From assembly GCF_009914755.1 (NCBI RefSeq), contig NC_060932.1: DNA of 64,000 bases, one strand, 5' to 3'. The notes beneath the pieces were generated by a model. The model made no database searches. It was not told where the DNA came from and saw only the letters and a program-made list of their open reading frames with translations. Every line of letters begins with the position of its first letter. The stretch's first letter is position 1. This stretch comes from the human T2T-CHM13v2.0 reference genome, Homo sapiens. Made by a program: the position numbers and the translations under genes. This document shows, piece by piece, positions 37,738-54,790 of the stretch.

Positions 37738-38082
37738 CTGTTTACATTCTTCTATTGCTGCTTTCATTTCTATCCATAAGTGTAAATGTAGTCTTTCCAT
37801 AAATGTATTATAGATGTAGTATAATTTTGTGGGGCTTTTCCAGTTTTTCATGTTTATTATTTTTAGTGGCTGTTATGATTTTATATTATGCCTTCTTTCT
37901 TCACCTTCCAAGTAGATGAAGTTTCTAACACAAAAGAGGTTATGGGCTTTATCAATAAATGTGTGCTTTAGGGGCATTTTGTCCTTTATGGCTACGAGTT
38001 CCCAAGGGGAGATATAACCGTGGGACTCGAAGTTTAAGTTCGGTTTCTGGCTTTTTCTCAACACGTACAATAAACGTGAATA

Positions 38083-38398
38083 GGCCAGGTGCAGTGGCTC
38101 ATGCTTGTAATCCCAGCACTTTGGGAGGCCGAGGTGGGTAGATCACTTGAGGTCAGGAGTTTGAGATGAGGCTGGCTAACATGGCGAAACCCCGTCTCTA
38201 CTAAAAATACAAAAACTGTCTGGACATGGTGGCACCCTGTAGTCTCAGCTACTCAGGAGTCTGAGGTGGGAGAATCACTTGAACCCAGGAGGCGAAGGTT
38301 GCAGTGAGCCGACATTGCGCCACTGCACTCCAGTCTGGGTGACAGAGTGAGACCGTGTGTGAAAAAACAAAACAACAACAACCAAAAAAACCCCAAAA
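38083..38398 (+). mobile_element. AluS, inverted relative to 37440-37737
   Basis: Full dimer with A/C-rich tail; no clear TSD. Confidence 0.93.
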
Positions 38399-38399
38399 A

Positions 38400-38955
38400 T
38401 CCTTGGAGTGTCTTTGTTGCGTAATTAGGTGGAGATCTCTGAAGGTTCATCACTAGAAATACCAAACACATGTTTAGAAGGCTGGGCCTTCAGCCACCTG
38501 AACTCTAGGGAGGTCACTGATGTAATCAATCATTCCTGCATAATGAAACTTAAAATTCTGGATACTAAAGCTCAGTGGCTCTTCCTGGTTAGCAAACACA
38601 TCAGTGTCTGGAGACTGATGCATCCTGGCTCCACATCATGGAGTTAGGAGAGGTTATGGAAGCTCTGTGTCTGGGACCTTCCCAAACCTCACCCTGTGTG
38701 TATCTTTTATAGTTAAACTAGTTGTAAGTGTAGCACTTTTCCTGAGTTCTATGAGTTGTAGTGAATTATTAAACCTGAATGGACTGTGGGAGCCCCTCTG
38801 TAGCCAGTCAGCTTGGGGGGGATGCCCGTTCCTGAGACTGACATATCAGAAGTGAGGGCAGCCTTGTGGAGGACTTTACCCTTCACCTGTGGGGTCTGTG
38901 CTAACTCAGGTAGTTAATGTCAGAATTGAATTGCAGTACACTCAGTTGGCATTAG
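38400..38955 (+). mobile_element. MER21-like LTR
   Basis: ggagtgtctttgtt..., ggaagctctgtgtctgggaccttccc..., tagttaatgtcagaattgaattg. Confidence 0.7.
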
Positions 38956-40087
38956 AAAAATTGGAGTTGAAACAGTGTACTGATAGATAACCTTTCCTGA
39001 CATATTTGTCTATGCCATTTAATTTTCACAGCAAGGCTATGAGGTAGTATGATATTCCCTTTCCATATGTAAGAATATGTTCTTAAAAATGTCTCATAGC
39101 AGAAGAATTTCTGTGTAAGTAACTTAAAACCTATGGGAAGAATAATACCAGCAGGACTTTGGTTGCAGGTCAGGGCCTTTAGAGATAAATAAACATGCAT
39201 GGTTTTTGTTTGTTTAAAAAAAAAATTGGGAACTAAAAAGTATTCCACACATTTAAATTAGTAATAATAGGTTAGTAAATACTAAATTCCATTTTCTGTT
39301 CCATTTTCAATTTTTTTTCTCAGTTTAATGTTTTACTTTGTTGCAGATAATTCTTATGCAAAACAGAACTTTTTTTTCCCTACACCTGGATCTCCACCCC
39401 TGTGTTTGCTGTTGTCTAAGTTTTACATTGTTGATACCCACTTCCTAAGTTTTGGTTTCCAGAGCCACTAGTAACATTTGTCGCTCATGGTGGAAAAACA
39501 TATGGGAATATTCCTGTGTGCATCCAGGAGCATTTTTCAGATTCCTTTGCTAGACCTTTATTGCCATCTATTATAACTTCTCATCACAGCACATAGAAAG
39601 CAGCAGCACTATCTGGCTTGGCATTCTCAGCAGCTCCTACAGAATCTTCCCCTCTGCAGTCCCTGCCAAAACCACACAGGACGTGTTTCTCGGAGTTGCG
39701 CATGGAGAATACCACCAATGTATTTGCTGCAGCTCTGCCTTCTATCGGGCTTTTTTCCATTCTTCACCTTTTTATTACTATTTCTAGCGATCTCGAAAAA
39801 GATATTTTATGTGAAATTGTGTATTTAAGGAAACTGTTAAAGAAGTCTAACTATTTGTACTAAGATTTAGTATGGGAGGAGGATTTTGTCTAGTTTGGGA
39901 GACATTTCCATTTGTTTATCGTCATATGGAATTGTCTGAATTTTAGAGCTGGGAAAGCAGCCTAGGGCAGGCCTGACCTCCTGCATGGGCTCCCCCATGC
40001 CGCCCTACCTGTTTAGTTGTCATGGGAACACAAGGCAGATTCTCTTCCTCATATTTCTCACCCATCTTCTATTGTACTTTCAAAGGT

Positions 40088-40396
40088 CTTTTTTTTTTTT
40101 TTTTTTTTTTTTTTGAGATGGAGTCTTGCTCTGTCACCCAGGCTGGAGTGCAGTGGTGAGGTCTTGGCCCACTGCAGCCTCCGCCTCCCGGATTCAAGTG
40201 ATTCTCCCACCTCAGGCTCCCGAGTAGCTAGGATTAGAAGTGCACGCCACCACACCCGGCTAATTTTTGTATTTTTCATAGAGAAGTGGTTTCACCATGT
40301 TGGCCAGGTTGGTTTCGAACTCTTGACCTCAGGTGATCCACCTGCCTCGTCCTCCCGAAGTTCTGGGATTACAGGTATGATCAAGTGCACCCGGCC
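40088..40396 (-). mobile_element. AluS
   Basis: Long pure T tail; TSD aaa(g/t)gtctt. Confidence 0.94.
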
Positions 40397-41089
40397 TGAA
40401 ATGTCTTATTTTTTATATTTATAAAGGTAGCTTTTAGCACACATTGTACACTCCTTTCTTATTATTTCCTTTCTTATCGACGCTGGTGTTTAAATATTTA
40501 TGTACCTTTAGTGCAGATACCTCTCTTGGCTACCCTTTCTTTCTGACTTTAGGCTGTACTGTATTAATAGAGTCACTGGGAGCATTTTCCCAACATGTTC
40601 TTAAAACCAGACTAGTCATATTTATGAGCAGATATTTCAGAATATGTACATAATTTATAAAAACAAATCTCCCAGTCGCATCTAGGGTTCTGTTTGATTG
40701 GAAATTGTTGAGACACACACTCTCCAAGCTCATTATCTAGCTGTTCTAACTTTATTATACTAGTAAATTAATATTGTGTTTAGGTGGATGTCATATCATC
40801 CATGTTAACTCTTAGGAGAAGTTTTGAAGATTGTAGCCTTGTTTTGTTTATTGATGGTATTTTTTCTTTTTTAAATACCCAATAAAAATTCTAGTGTTTG
40901 AGAATACAGAGTGCCTTTAATATAAAACATTTATTTGGAATATAAAAATCTGATTGACAGTATTAAAATTAAGATGCAAAATAGGAAAACAAAGATTCCC
41001 TTTATCTGTACCATTTTTGACATCAGGTATCTGAAAGCTGGACTTTTGTGTTAGGGGAGAGACTCGAGTCTCTTCTTTAGGTTAATATT

Positions 41090-41170
41090 TCTCATTCCCA
41101 GTACCTAGCATAGAGGTTGACATGTGCTAGATACTCACTAAATGTTTGCTGAATCAATGAACTAATGAAG
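41090..41170 (+). mobile_element. L2 3' end
   Basis: cccagtacctagcatag...actcactaaatgtttgctgaatcaatgaa. Confidence 0.55.
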
Positions 41171-41193
41171 TGGAGGGTGTGAAACAGGGTCAC

Positions 41194-41628
41194 TGTGCAC
41201 TGGTTACCAACTTGTCCAAGTTCAGTGAGACAGAACTTACGGGAAGCTGCTTTATTACTTACAGACAGGTAGTGAGGGCCAGAAGAAGCCTGAGGATTTC
41301 TTGTGCGCCAGTCTCTCAAAGCTGAGGAAAGCTGCCTGGGGTGGATGGAGTCTCATCTGCGTGTGCTTCACTTTCAACACAGCTGCAGGACCTCAGAAAG
41401 CAGCGTGACATGGGTTTTATACTCTAGGGGCCACAGAACTGATGGGCTAAAGTGTGGAAGGACATCCTGTTTCGGGCAGGGATTTAAACAGAACCTGGGC
41501 TTCTCCTGCCAGTCCTTCCCTTTCTCAGGATGTTTCATTCCCAGAAGTTTCTACAGTTAATTCTTAAGAATACAGGGAGGATCAGGGAGAACTGGGTCCA
41601 TCCAAGGTCACCTGGAGAATTGTCCTTC
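41194..41628 (-). mobile_element. ERVL-type solo LTR (MER76/MER74 group)
   Basis: tgtgcactggttaccaacttgtc ... gagaactgggtccatccaaggtcacctggagaattgtcc. Confidence 0.6.
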
Positions 41629-41945
41629 GGGGGGGAAAAGAAAATGCTTGTAGGACATTCTTACGTATTTAATCTTCTGTGGCAGACTCTACTGGGCCAT
41701 TTTATGTATTTTGTTGGCTTTTTCTTTTTTTTTTTATTATTATTATACGTCAAGTTCTAGGGTACATGTGCACAACGTGAAGGTTTGTTACATGTGTATA
41801 CATGTGCCATGTTGGTGTGCTGCACCCATTAACTCGTCATCTACATTAGGTATTTCTCCGAATGCTATCCCTACCCCCTCCCCCCACCCCACGACAAGTC
41901 CCGGTGTGTGATATTCCCCACGCTGTGTCCAAGTGTTCTCATTGT

Positions 41946-45748
<3,803 letters not shown>

Positions 45749-45811
45749 TATGATGTTAGCTGGTTATTTTGCTCGTTATTTGATGCAGTTTCTTCCTAGC
45801 CTCGATGGTCT

Positions 45812-46837
45812 TTACAATTTGGCATGTTTTTGCAGTGGCTGGTACTGGTTGTTCCTTTTCATGTTTAGTGCTTCCTTCAGGAGTTCTTTTAGGGCAGGCC
45901 TGGTGGTGACAAACTCTCTCAGCATTTGCTTTTCTATAAAGGATTTTATTTCTCCTTCACTTTTGAAGCTTAGTTTGGCTGGATGTGAAATTCTGGGTTG
46001 AAAATTCTTTTCTTTAAGAATGTTGAATATTGGCCCCCACTCTCTTCTGACTTGCAGAGTGTCTGCCGAGATATCCTCTGTTAGTCTGATGGGCTTCCCT
46101 TTGTGCGTAACCTGACCTTTCTCTCTGGCTGCCCTTAACATTTTTTCCTTCATTTCAACCTTGGTGAATCTGACAATTATGTGTCTTGGAGTTGCTCTTC
46201 TCGAGGAGTATCTTTGTGTCGTTCTCTGTATTTTCTGATTTTGAATGTTGACCTGCCTTGCGAAGTTGGGGAAGTTTTCCTGGATAATGGATAATATGCT
46301 GAAGAGTGTTTTCCATCTTGGTTCCATTCTCCCTGTAACTTTCAGGTACACCAATCAAACATAGATTTAGTGTTTTCACATAGTCTCATATTTCTTGGAG
46401 GGTTTGTTCGTTTCTTTTTACTCTTTTTTCTCTAAACTTCTCTTTTCGCTTCATTTCATTCATTTGATCTTCAGTCATCTGTCTTCCACTTCAATGAATC
46501 GGCTGCTGAAGCTTGTGCATGCGTCACGTAGTTCTCGTGCCGTGGCTTTCAGCTCCATCAGTTCATTTAAGGTCTTCTCTGCGCTATTTATCCTAGTTAG
46601 CCATTTGTCTAATCTTTTTTCAACGTTTTTAGCTTCCTTACGATGGGTTTAAACATCCTCCTTTAGCTTTGAGAAGTTTGTTATTACCGATATTCTGAAG
46701 CCTACTTCTGTCAACTTGTCAAAGTCATTCTCCGTCCAGCTTTATTTGATTGCTGGTGAGGAGCTGCGATCCTTTGGAGGGGAAGAGGCCCTCTGGTTTT
46801 TAGAATTTTCAGCTTTTCTGCTCTGGTTTCTCCCCAA
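45812..46837 (-). pseudogene. L1 ORF1p, disrupted
   Basis: Start codon mutated to TTG at 46837; frameshifting ggataat duplication at ~46282-46295; C-terminus ...QPLQKHAKL. Confidence 0.9.
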
Positions 46838-47432
46838 CTTTGTGGTTTTATCTACCTTTGGTCTTTGATGATGGTGACCTACAGATGGGGTTTTAGTGTG
46901 GATGTCCTTTTTGTTGATGTTGATGCTATTCCTGTCTCTTTGTTGGTTTTCCTTCTAACAGGACCCTCAGCTGCAGGTCTGTTGAAGTTTGTTGGAGGTC
47001 CACTCCAGACCCTGTTTGCCTGGGGATCACCAGTGGAGGCTGCAGAACAGCAAATATTGCAGAACAGCAAATGTTGCTGCCTGATCCTTCCTCTGGGAGC
47101 TTCGTCTCAGAGGGGCACCCGGCTGTATGAGGTGTCAGTCAGCCCCTACTGGGAGATGTCTCCCAGTTAGGCTGCTTGGGGGTCAGGGACCCCCTTGAGG
47201 AGGCAGTGTGTCTGTTCTCAGATCTCAAACTCCATTCTAGGAGAACCACTGCTTTCTTCAAAGCTGTCAGACAGGGATGTTTAAGTCTGCAGAAGTTTCT
47301 GCTGCCTTTTGTTCAGCTATGCCCTGCCCCCAGAGGTGGAGGCTACAGAGGCAGGCAGGCTTGTTGAGCTGCAGTGGGCTCCAGCCAGTTCGAGCTTCCT
47401 GGCCAGTTTGTTTACCTACTGAAGCCTCAGCA

Positions 47433-47759
47433 ATGGCAGTCGCACCTCCCCCAGCATCGCTGCCACCTCGCAGTTCTATCTCGGACTGCTGTGCTACCAG
47501 TGAGCAAGGGTCCGTGGGCGTGGGACCCACTGAGCCCGGCGCGGGATGTAATGTCCTGGTGTGCTGTTTGCTAAGACCATTGGAAAAGCGCAGTATTAGG
47601 GCGGGAGTGTCCCGATTTTCCAGGGACCATCTGTCATGGCTTCCCTTGGCTAGGAAAGGGAATTCCCTGACCCTTTGTGCTTCCTGGGTGAGGCGATGCC
47701 CCGCCCTGCTTCGGCTCACACTCCGTGGGCTGCACCCACTGTCCAACCAGTCCCAGTGA
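47433..47759 (+). CDS. L1 antisense ORF0 homologue, open, 108 aa; expression unknown
   Basis: MAVAPPPASLPPRSSISDCCATSEQGSVGVGPTEPG... from the ATG at 47433. Confidence 0.4.
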   Translation: MAVAPPPASLPPRSSISDCCATSEQGSVGVGPTEPGAGCNVLVCCLLRPLEKRSIRAGVSRFSRDHLSWLPLARKGNSLTLCASWVRRCPALLRLTLRGLHPLSNQSQ

Positions 47760-48091
47760 GATGAACCCGGTACCTCCTTTGGAAATGCAGAAATCACCCG
47801 TCTTCTGCGTCGCTCATGCTGGGAGCTTTAGACTGGAGCTGTTCCTATTCAGCCATCTTGGAATGATCGGGTTTTTCTTAATAATCCAACAAATTTGCTG
47901 TTATTGTAATCCCCATTTTAATGAAATTTGTATGAATGGAATTATGTAAATTATAACAAAGAATATTTGCAGATTCCCAAGAAAATGCTCTGAGCAGCTC
48001 TGAGTGTGATTGCTAAGATTAGCGATTTTAAACCTTTTTTTCCTTGACACGTGAAAGATGACACTTGTTATAATTTATGTGTCATAAATAA

Positions 48092-48373
<282 letters not shown>

Positions 48374-48562
48374 TAATTTCTTAAATAAAGGAGCAAATGT
48401 AAACCTTATAGTACTTTATTATTTTGCGACCATATCTAACATCTTTTCCTAGCTGTTGACCACAGCCCTCATCATACTATGGTCAAGAATGGCTGGCTTA
48501 AATGAAAGTTTAAATTTGAAAGCAGTACTATAACATTTGAGAAACAACTTCTGTGTGATACA

Positions 48563-49078
48563 CAGTAATCCCCCCTTTATCCACAGTTTGGTTTTCTGAG
48601 GCCTTAGTTACTTGTGATCAGCCATAATCTGAAAGTATTAAATGGAAAATTCTAGGAGTGATTAATTTTAGAGCACACCCACACCATTCTCAACTGCATG
48701 ATGAAATCTCTTGTCACCCCATTCTGTCTCATCTGGGACATGAATCCCCTGTTTTGTCCCACCTGTCCATCCTGTAGATGCTCCTGCCTGTTAGTCTCTT
48801 CGTAGCTGGTCTGTTATCAGATTGACTATCACAACATCTCAGTGCTGTGTTCACGTCACTCTTACTTTACTTAATAGTGACCCCAAAATGCAAGAATAGT
48901 AATGCTGGCATGTTGTTACAATCGTTCTATTATTATGTTGTTAATCTCTTTACTGTGTCTGATTTATAAATTAAGCTTCATCATAGGCATGTATTCATGG
49001 GAAAATCTATGGTGAATATAGCGTTTGGTGCTATCCATGTTTTCAGACATCCACTGGGGGTCTTGAAACATATCCTCT
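48563..49078. mobile_element. MER44B-like (Tigger7-derived) DNA transposon
   Basis: cagtaatcccccctttatccac ... catccactgggggtcttgaaacatatcc. Confidence 0.8.
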
Positions 49079-49361
49079 CAGAATTGATTATTATTTTGAG
49101 GTCCCATGTTTTAAAAGCAGTGTGAAGAAGGTAGGTGAGTTCAGAAAGGAAACTGAGTTGGGTTTTGAAGACCGAGTGGGATTTACCACATTTAAAGTAG
49201 AAAATGTGGTAAAGAGCTGGGATGAAACAGGTGTGTTTAATACTCATTGCAGGCTGGAGTATGGGACCATAGGGTGGGGAAGATGATACCTAGAACTTAA
49301 CTTTTTGAACACAAGTTAAACAAAATGATGTCTTAATTTTGAAAGCATAACTTTTAAAGTA

Positions 49362-49686
49362 CAGTTAGCCCTCCATATCCATGGGATATGTGGATTCAAT
49401 CAACCATGGACCAAAAATATTTGGAAAGACAAATTCTACAAAGTTCCAAAAAACAAAACTTGATTTTGCCACATTGAGTACTACACTGAATGAAGTGATA
49501 CGTAGGCATTGTGTTAGGCATTATAACTAGTCTAGAGATGAATTAAAGTATACAGGAGGATGTATATAATGTTATATTCAAATACTACATCATTTTAGAT
49601 CAGGAACTTGAGCATCCTTGGATTTTCTTGTCATCGGAGTGAGCAGGTCCTAGAAGCAATCCCCTATGCTTACTGAGGGATAACTG
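49362..49686. mobile_element. MER2/MER2B DNA transposon
   Basis: TIRs cagttagccctc / gagggataactg, flanked by TA. Confidence 0.85.
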
Positions 49687-49756
49687 TATATTATAATTTT
49701 GAAAGAACAGATGTTCAGGATCCTTTAAACATTTTACTGTGTTAGAGGATAATTTG

Positions 49757-50146
<390 letters not shown>

Positions 50147-50535
50147 CTATGTGTCTTAGCCTAGACATTGGATATGTGTTGCTATGGGATGAGAGATCTG
50201 ATTTATTTTAGCCACTAGCAGTAAATGTGGTGAAAAATTAAGACTGAAAACTACAATGTTGAGGGGTGAAAGGAAGGGCTAAACATTTTTCATTGTGGTG
50301 GATTCTGCCAGCGTAGACTGCTAAATGTTTGTGGTTTGGATCTTGTTCACTCTGAACGCTTTAGGCCTTGTGTAGGTTTTCCCCAGAGTATGAGGTGGTT
50401 GTGAACTGCTTTTGCTAATGGTGAGAATGAACTATCATGATGTTATATAACAAGGATGGCATTCTGGGAGACGCAAAATTTAAAGTAGGGGAAAAGGAGG
50501 ATGGCAAAAACTAAGTAAAGTAACTTGAAAAGTTA

Positions 50536-50873
<338 letters not shown>

Positions 50874-51019
50874 TTAATTTTGTTAAATTTTTATTCAAAA
50901 AGTTAAGTTCTAAATAGCATCAAACATGGTGGGAGTCAAAATAATTAAAATCGTATTTTTTCTGAAAGTGTGTAGACTGCCTGCATACTTATATATACGC
51001 CAGATTGTATTTTACTTAC

Positions 51020-51180
51020 CTTCTCATTTGCATCTTACCCTTGTGGCCGAATTAGCAGGACCTGTGTGAGAATGACATAACTTCACCGCCTCTTACCTGC
51101 TCCAGCTGCAACGCGTGAGAGTGCTGAACTGTGGCCTAGATTTTTCTCTAGGGCTTTCCACGGAAGTGAGTCAACACATT
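51020..51180. promoter_or_regulatory. Candidate enhancer (octamer, bZIP-like, E-box, kB-like, ETS, AP-1 cluster)
   Basis: ATTTGCAT 51026-51033, ATGACATAA 51072-51080, CAGCTG 51103-51108, AGGGCTTTCC 51150-51159, CGGAAGTG 51161-51168, TGAGTCA 51167-51173, all in non-repeat DNA. Confidence 0.45.
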
Positions 51181-52385
51181 GTTTCTGGCTTTTCTTGCTG
51201 TCCCTCCCTAATATGCAAGCTTAGGTTGCTTTGGAATTTTCCAGGTACAGTGTTGGAGAAGTTGTAACACAGGAGGAGGCCAGAGCGTAGGTTTAGTGTG
51301 GTGGGGAGAGGGTTGGAGCAATTGTTCAAGGGAAGATTGAAAGTGACCAAAATGGCATGAGGGTAAAAATGTTACCTGAATTAAATATGTACCAAACACT
51401 GAAAATCCCTTATTATATTTTAGTATCTTTTATCATTGTATTTTAAAATTGATTTAAATCTATACTGAGATTTTTTTTTTTTTTTAGTGTGGATTTCAAC
51501 ACATTTTTTGTGCTTTTGCCAAGAACACAGTGTTCTGTTAAGTCATTCAGTGACGAAGATTGCTGGATTGCTGCCAGCCCGGGTCAAGTTCATTCACATA
51601 AGTTTCAGTGTAGATTCTGACTGAGTGAGGAATGTTCCTCTTGTCTTTGCATGTTAGGTGGGTCTGGGAAATCAGTTGTTTTAAAACAAGCTTATTAATA
51701 CTTTTGTTTTTTTCAGGGTTATGGGGTTTTTTTGCTTTTAAGGCTTCATATACAGACAACGCTTTGATACTAGTATCACATTCTTGTCTATTTACTGATT
51801 TTCCATGCCTGATTTGGTGAAATAACAGCTCTCCTAACCATACCAGATTAGAATCTACCGTATAACGTATTGACTCTGCTGTATCATTTTAAGGTATTAT
51901 TTTATATCTTTAAAGAAAATATATTCACAAAGTGCCTTTCTCAATCATATATGTGAATTAAAAAGTTGGGAAAGGTGACTTAGAAGCTACAAAAATATAG
52001 TGTTTGATAAGGTGTATATACCTATGAAGATATATTCATGTTTATGTATTTTATTCCTTCACTCATAGTTCTTCCTCAGTTTCTTTATTTCGTTTGCCAT
52101 CTTTTTTTTTTTTCAGCCACAGAAGTGCATTTTTTTGCATTAAAAATGCAACCAGTATACAAAAAGCTAAGGATTGGAGCTTATTGATCACTCATTTGGC
52201 ACTTATCAGTTTTGCCTGAGAATTACGCATATTTAAATAATTTTTTTTAAAAAATTTGATTTCTGAGTGAACAAACATATTCTGCCTTACAACTAGCTTA
52301 CAAGACGTTCAGATGCTAATGTTTTTTCTGTTCATTGTAGTATTTAACCAAGGTAATAAATTTATGTTTATACTGATGACTGTTT

Positions 52386-52703
52386 TCATTTATTTATTTT
52401 AAATTTTTTATTTTTTTTTAGAAACAGGGTCTCACTCTGTTGCCCAGGCTGAAGTGCAGTGATGCAGTCATAGCACACTGCAGTCTTGAATTCTTGGGCT
52501 CAGGTGATCCTCCTGCCTCAGCCTCTTGAGTAGCTGGGACTGTAGGCACGTACCACCATGCCTGGCTAATTTTGAAATTTTTTGTAGAGATGGTGGTCTT
52601 GCTGTGTTGCCCAGGCTGCTCTCAAACTCCTGGACTCAAATGATCCTCCTGCCTCGGCCTCCCAGAGTGTTGGGATTACAGGCATGAGCTACCACACCAA
52701 GCC
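52386..52703 (-). mobile_element. AluJ
   Basis: Diverged dimer. Confidence 0.92.
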
Positions 52704-52721
52704 CTAATGAAGGTTTTTTGT

Positions 52722-53016
<295 letters not shown>

Positions 53017-54619
53017 GATGAAGGTTTTTTGTAAAAAAAAAAAAAAAAAAAAATACTGCCTTAGTATCTGTTGGAATGTGTGATTTTTTTTTTTTTTTGC
53101 TCATGTCTGGTAATTAGCATTTTTGTGATCATTCATTATGTCCGTATTCATTAATGCCTTTCTAGAATCTGATAGAATGCCTAGCCTACAGTTGCTCACC
53201 AGGTACTTAAAACCTGAACAGTGAATGCGTAACAACCACAGCTCAGATTTGCGGTAACGGAGCATTTATGTCTGGGAACCTATTTGATATCACACATACA
53301 TGAAAAATAAGTGAAGCAAATAAATCACAAGCATATGTTTTTACAGACATAGATTAAGTATTTAAAACCAAACATTATCAGAAAGCTATATTATAACCAT
53401 TCCTTTGGGACATTTTTCTGCATGGGTTACATTGGCTGGGCTACTTTAATCAGAGTCCAGTGAAGTTCGAATGGAAGTTACATGTTTTCCCATTAAATCT
53501 TCCTTTGACAAAAATATTTATTCATTGTTCTTCCAAGGACCTCTAAACACTATTAAATATTTTTTAAATGTAGATTGAATGTGCATAGATTTCTCAGAAA
53601 ACCTTTTCCTGTTAAATTCCGGAAGGAGTTTACTGCTTCCTCCCACTTCCCCGTGGTGGCTCTTTTGCAGTTGTTAGTCAAGAGCTGGGCTTGGGTATCA
53701 CATCACAATAGTGCCAAGAGCCTTGGCATAGCTCTTGGTAATCATTGCCTTATTTACCTCTCTCCCCAAATAGGCTGCAGGTTCCTTGAGGGCCAGGATC
53801 ATCATGAATGAGTGAGTGAATGAATGAATGTAGCAGACACAACACATGTGGACAAGTAGTGGCAGGGACTAAAACTGGTGGCAAAGACTTGTATGCTCAT
53901 GAGCTAATGATTGAAATACCTGTATCTGTGATAACAGCGTAATAGATACAACTGTTTAAACATTAAGTCCTCGTGAAAATAGAATTGGTGATATTATACT
54001 TTTTGGTTTATACTTATTCCCTTAAATTTCTCTACTTTTATGAAACAGTTTTACTCCTGAAATGAAGGTGATGGGATAAAGTTAAGGGATCAGAGTCGCT
54101 GTCTTGGGAGCATAATTTCTCATTCAGTGAAGGCCCCCTCAGAGTGCTCATCAATATCGACGCATTCCTGTGGGAGCTGAGAGTATTTAACCAAATATGT
54201 CTCCTGATATAATCAAAATTTGCAACCATGGGAAGAATTAAGTGGAGAAAGATTCTGCACTTAATTAGGAAAAATAGTTAAAGAAAGGAGTGTCTAATGA
54301 TCACATGGCTTGGTCATTTGAAAACCTATTACCAGGATTATATACGATAGTTAAATTTTAAGTAGACTGCTCATTAACAAAGCTGAAGTGTCCCATGGGT
54401 TGACTATGTGGCTATGATTGTATAACTTATATTTCCAGAAGAAATTTTAGTGGAAAACATGATTGCACAGACAGCACATTTGCAGTGGGTGGTAGCAGGG
54501 GATGGGGGTGGTTTGCATCTGTTACCTAAAGTAAGACCAGTATGAACATAAAGTCCTAGAAAAATTTGGATACTGAACTTTGGTTTTTAAAATGCGTACA
54601 GTAAATGAAGCTGCTGTTC

Positions 54620-54790
54620 TGTGAGCACCTACCTACCATGTGGGGTGCTGCAGAATCTATTTTACACATATTTTCTCACTCAGTTTCCTCAATGACCCTG
54701 TTGAAATGGGGTTTATTTTGCATATGGGGTAACTTGGCTGTGTCTCAAATAAATTAAAAAGTTGCCTAGCATTACTTGCCAGGAAGGGGC
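54620..54790 (-). mobile_element. MIR
   Basis: gagcacctac...ttctcactcagtttcctcaatgaccctg...attttgcatatggggtaac. Confidence 0.5.

Noticed and set aside
47041-47075. Tandem tgcagaacagcaaat repeat
   Set aside because: As I recall, this is a normal feature of L1PA6/7 5'UTRs.
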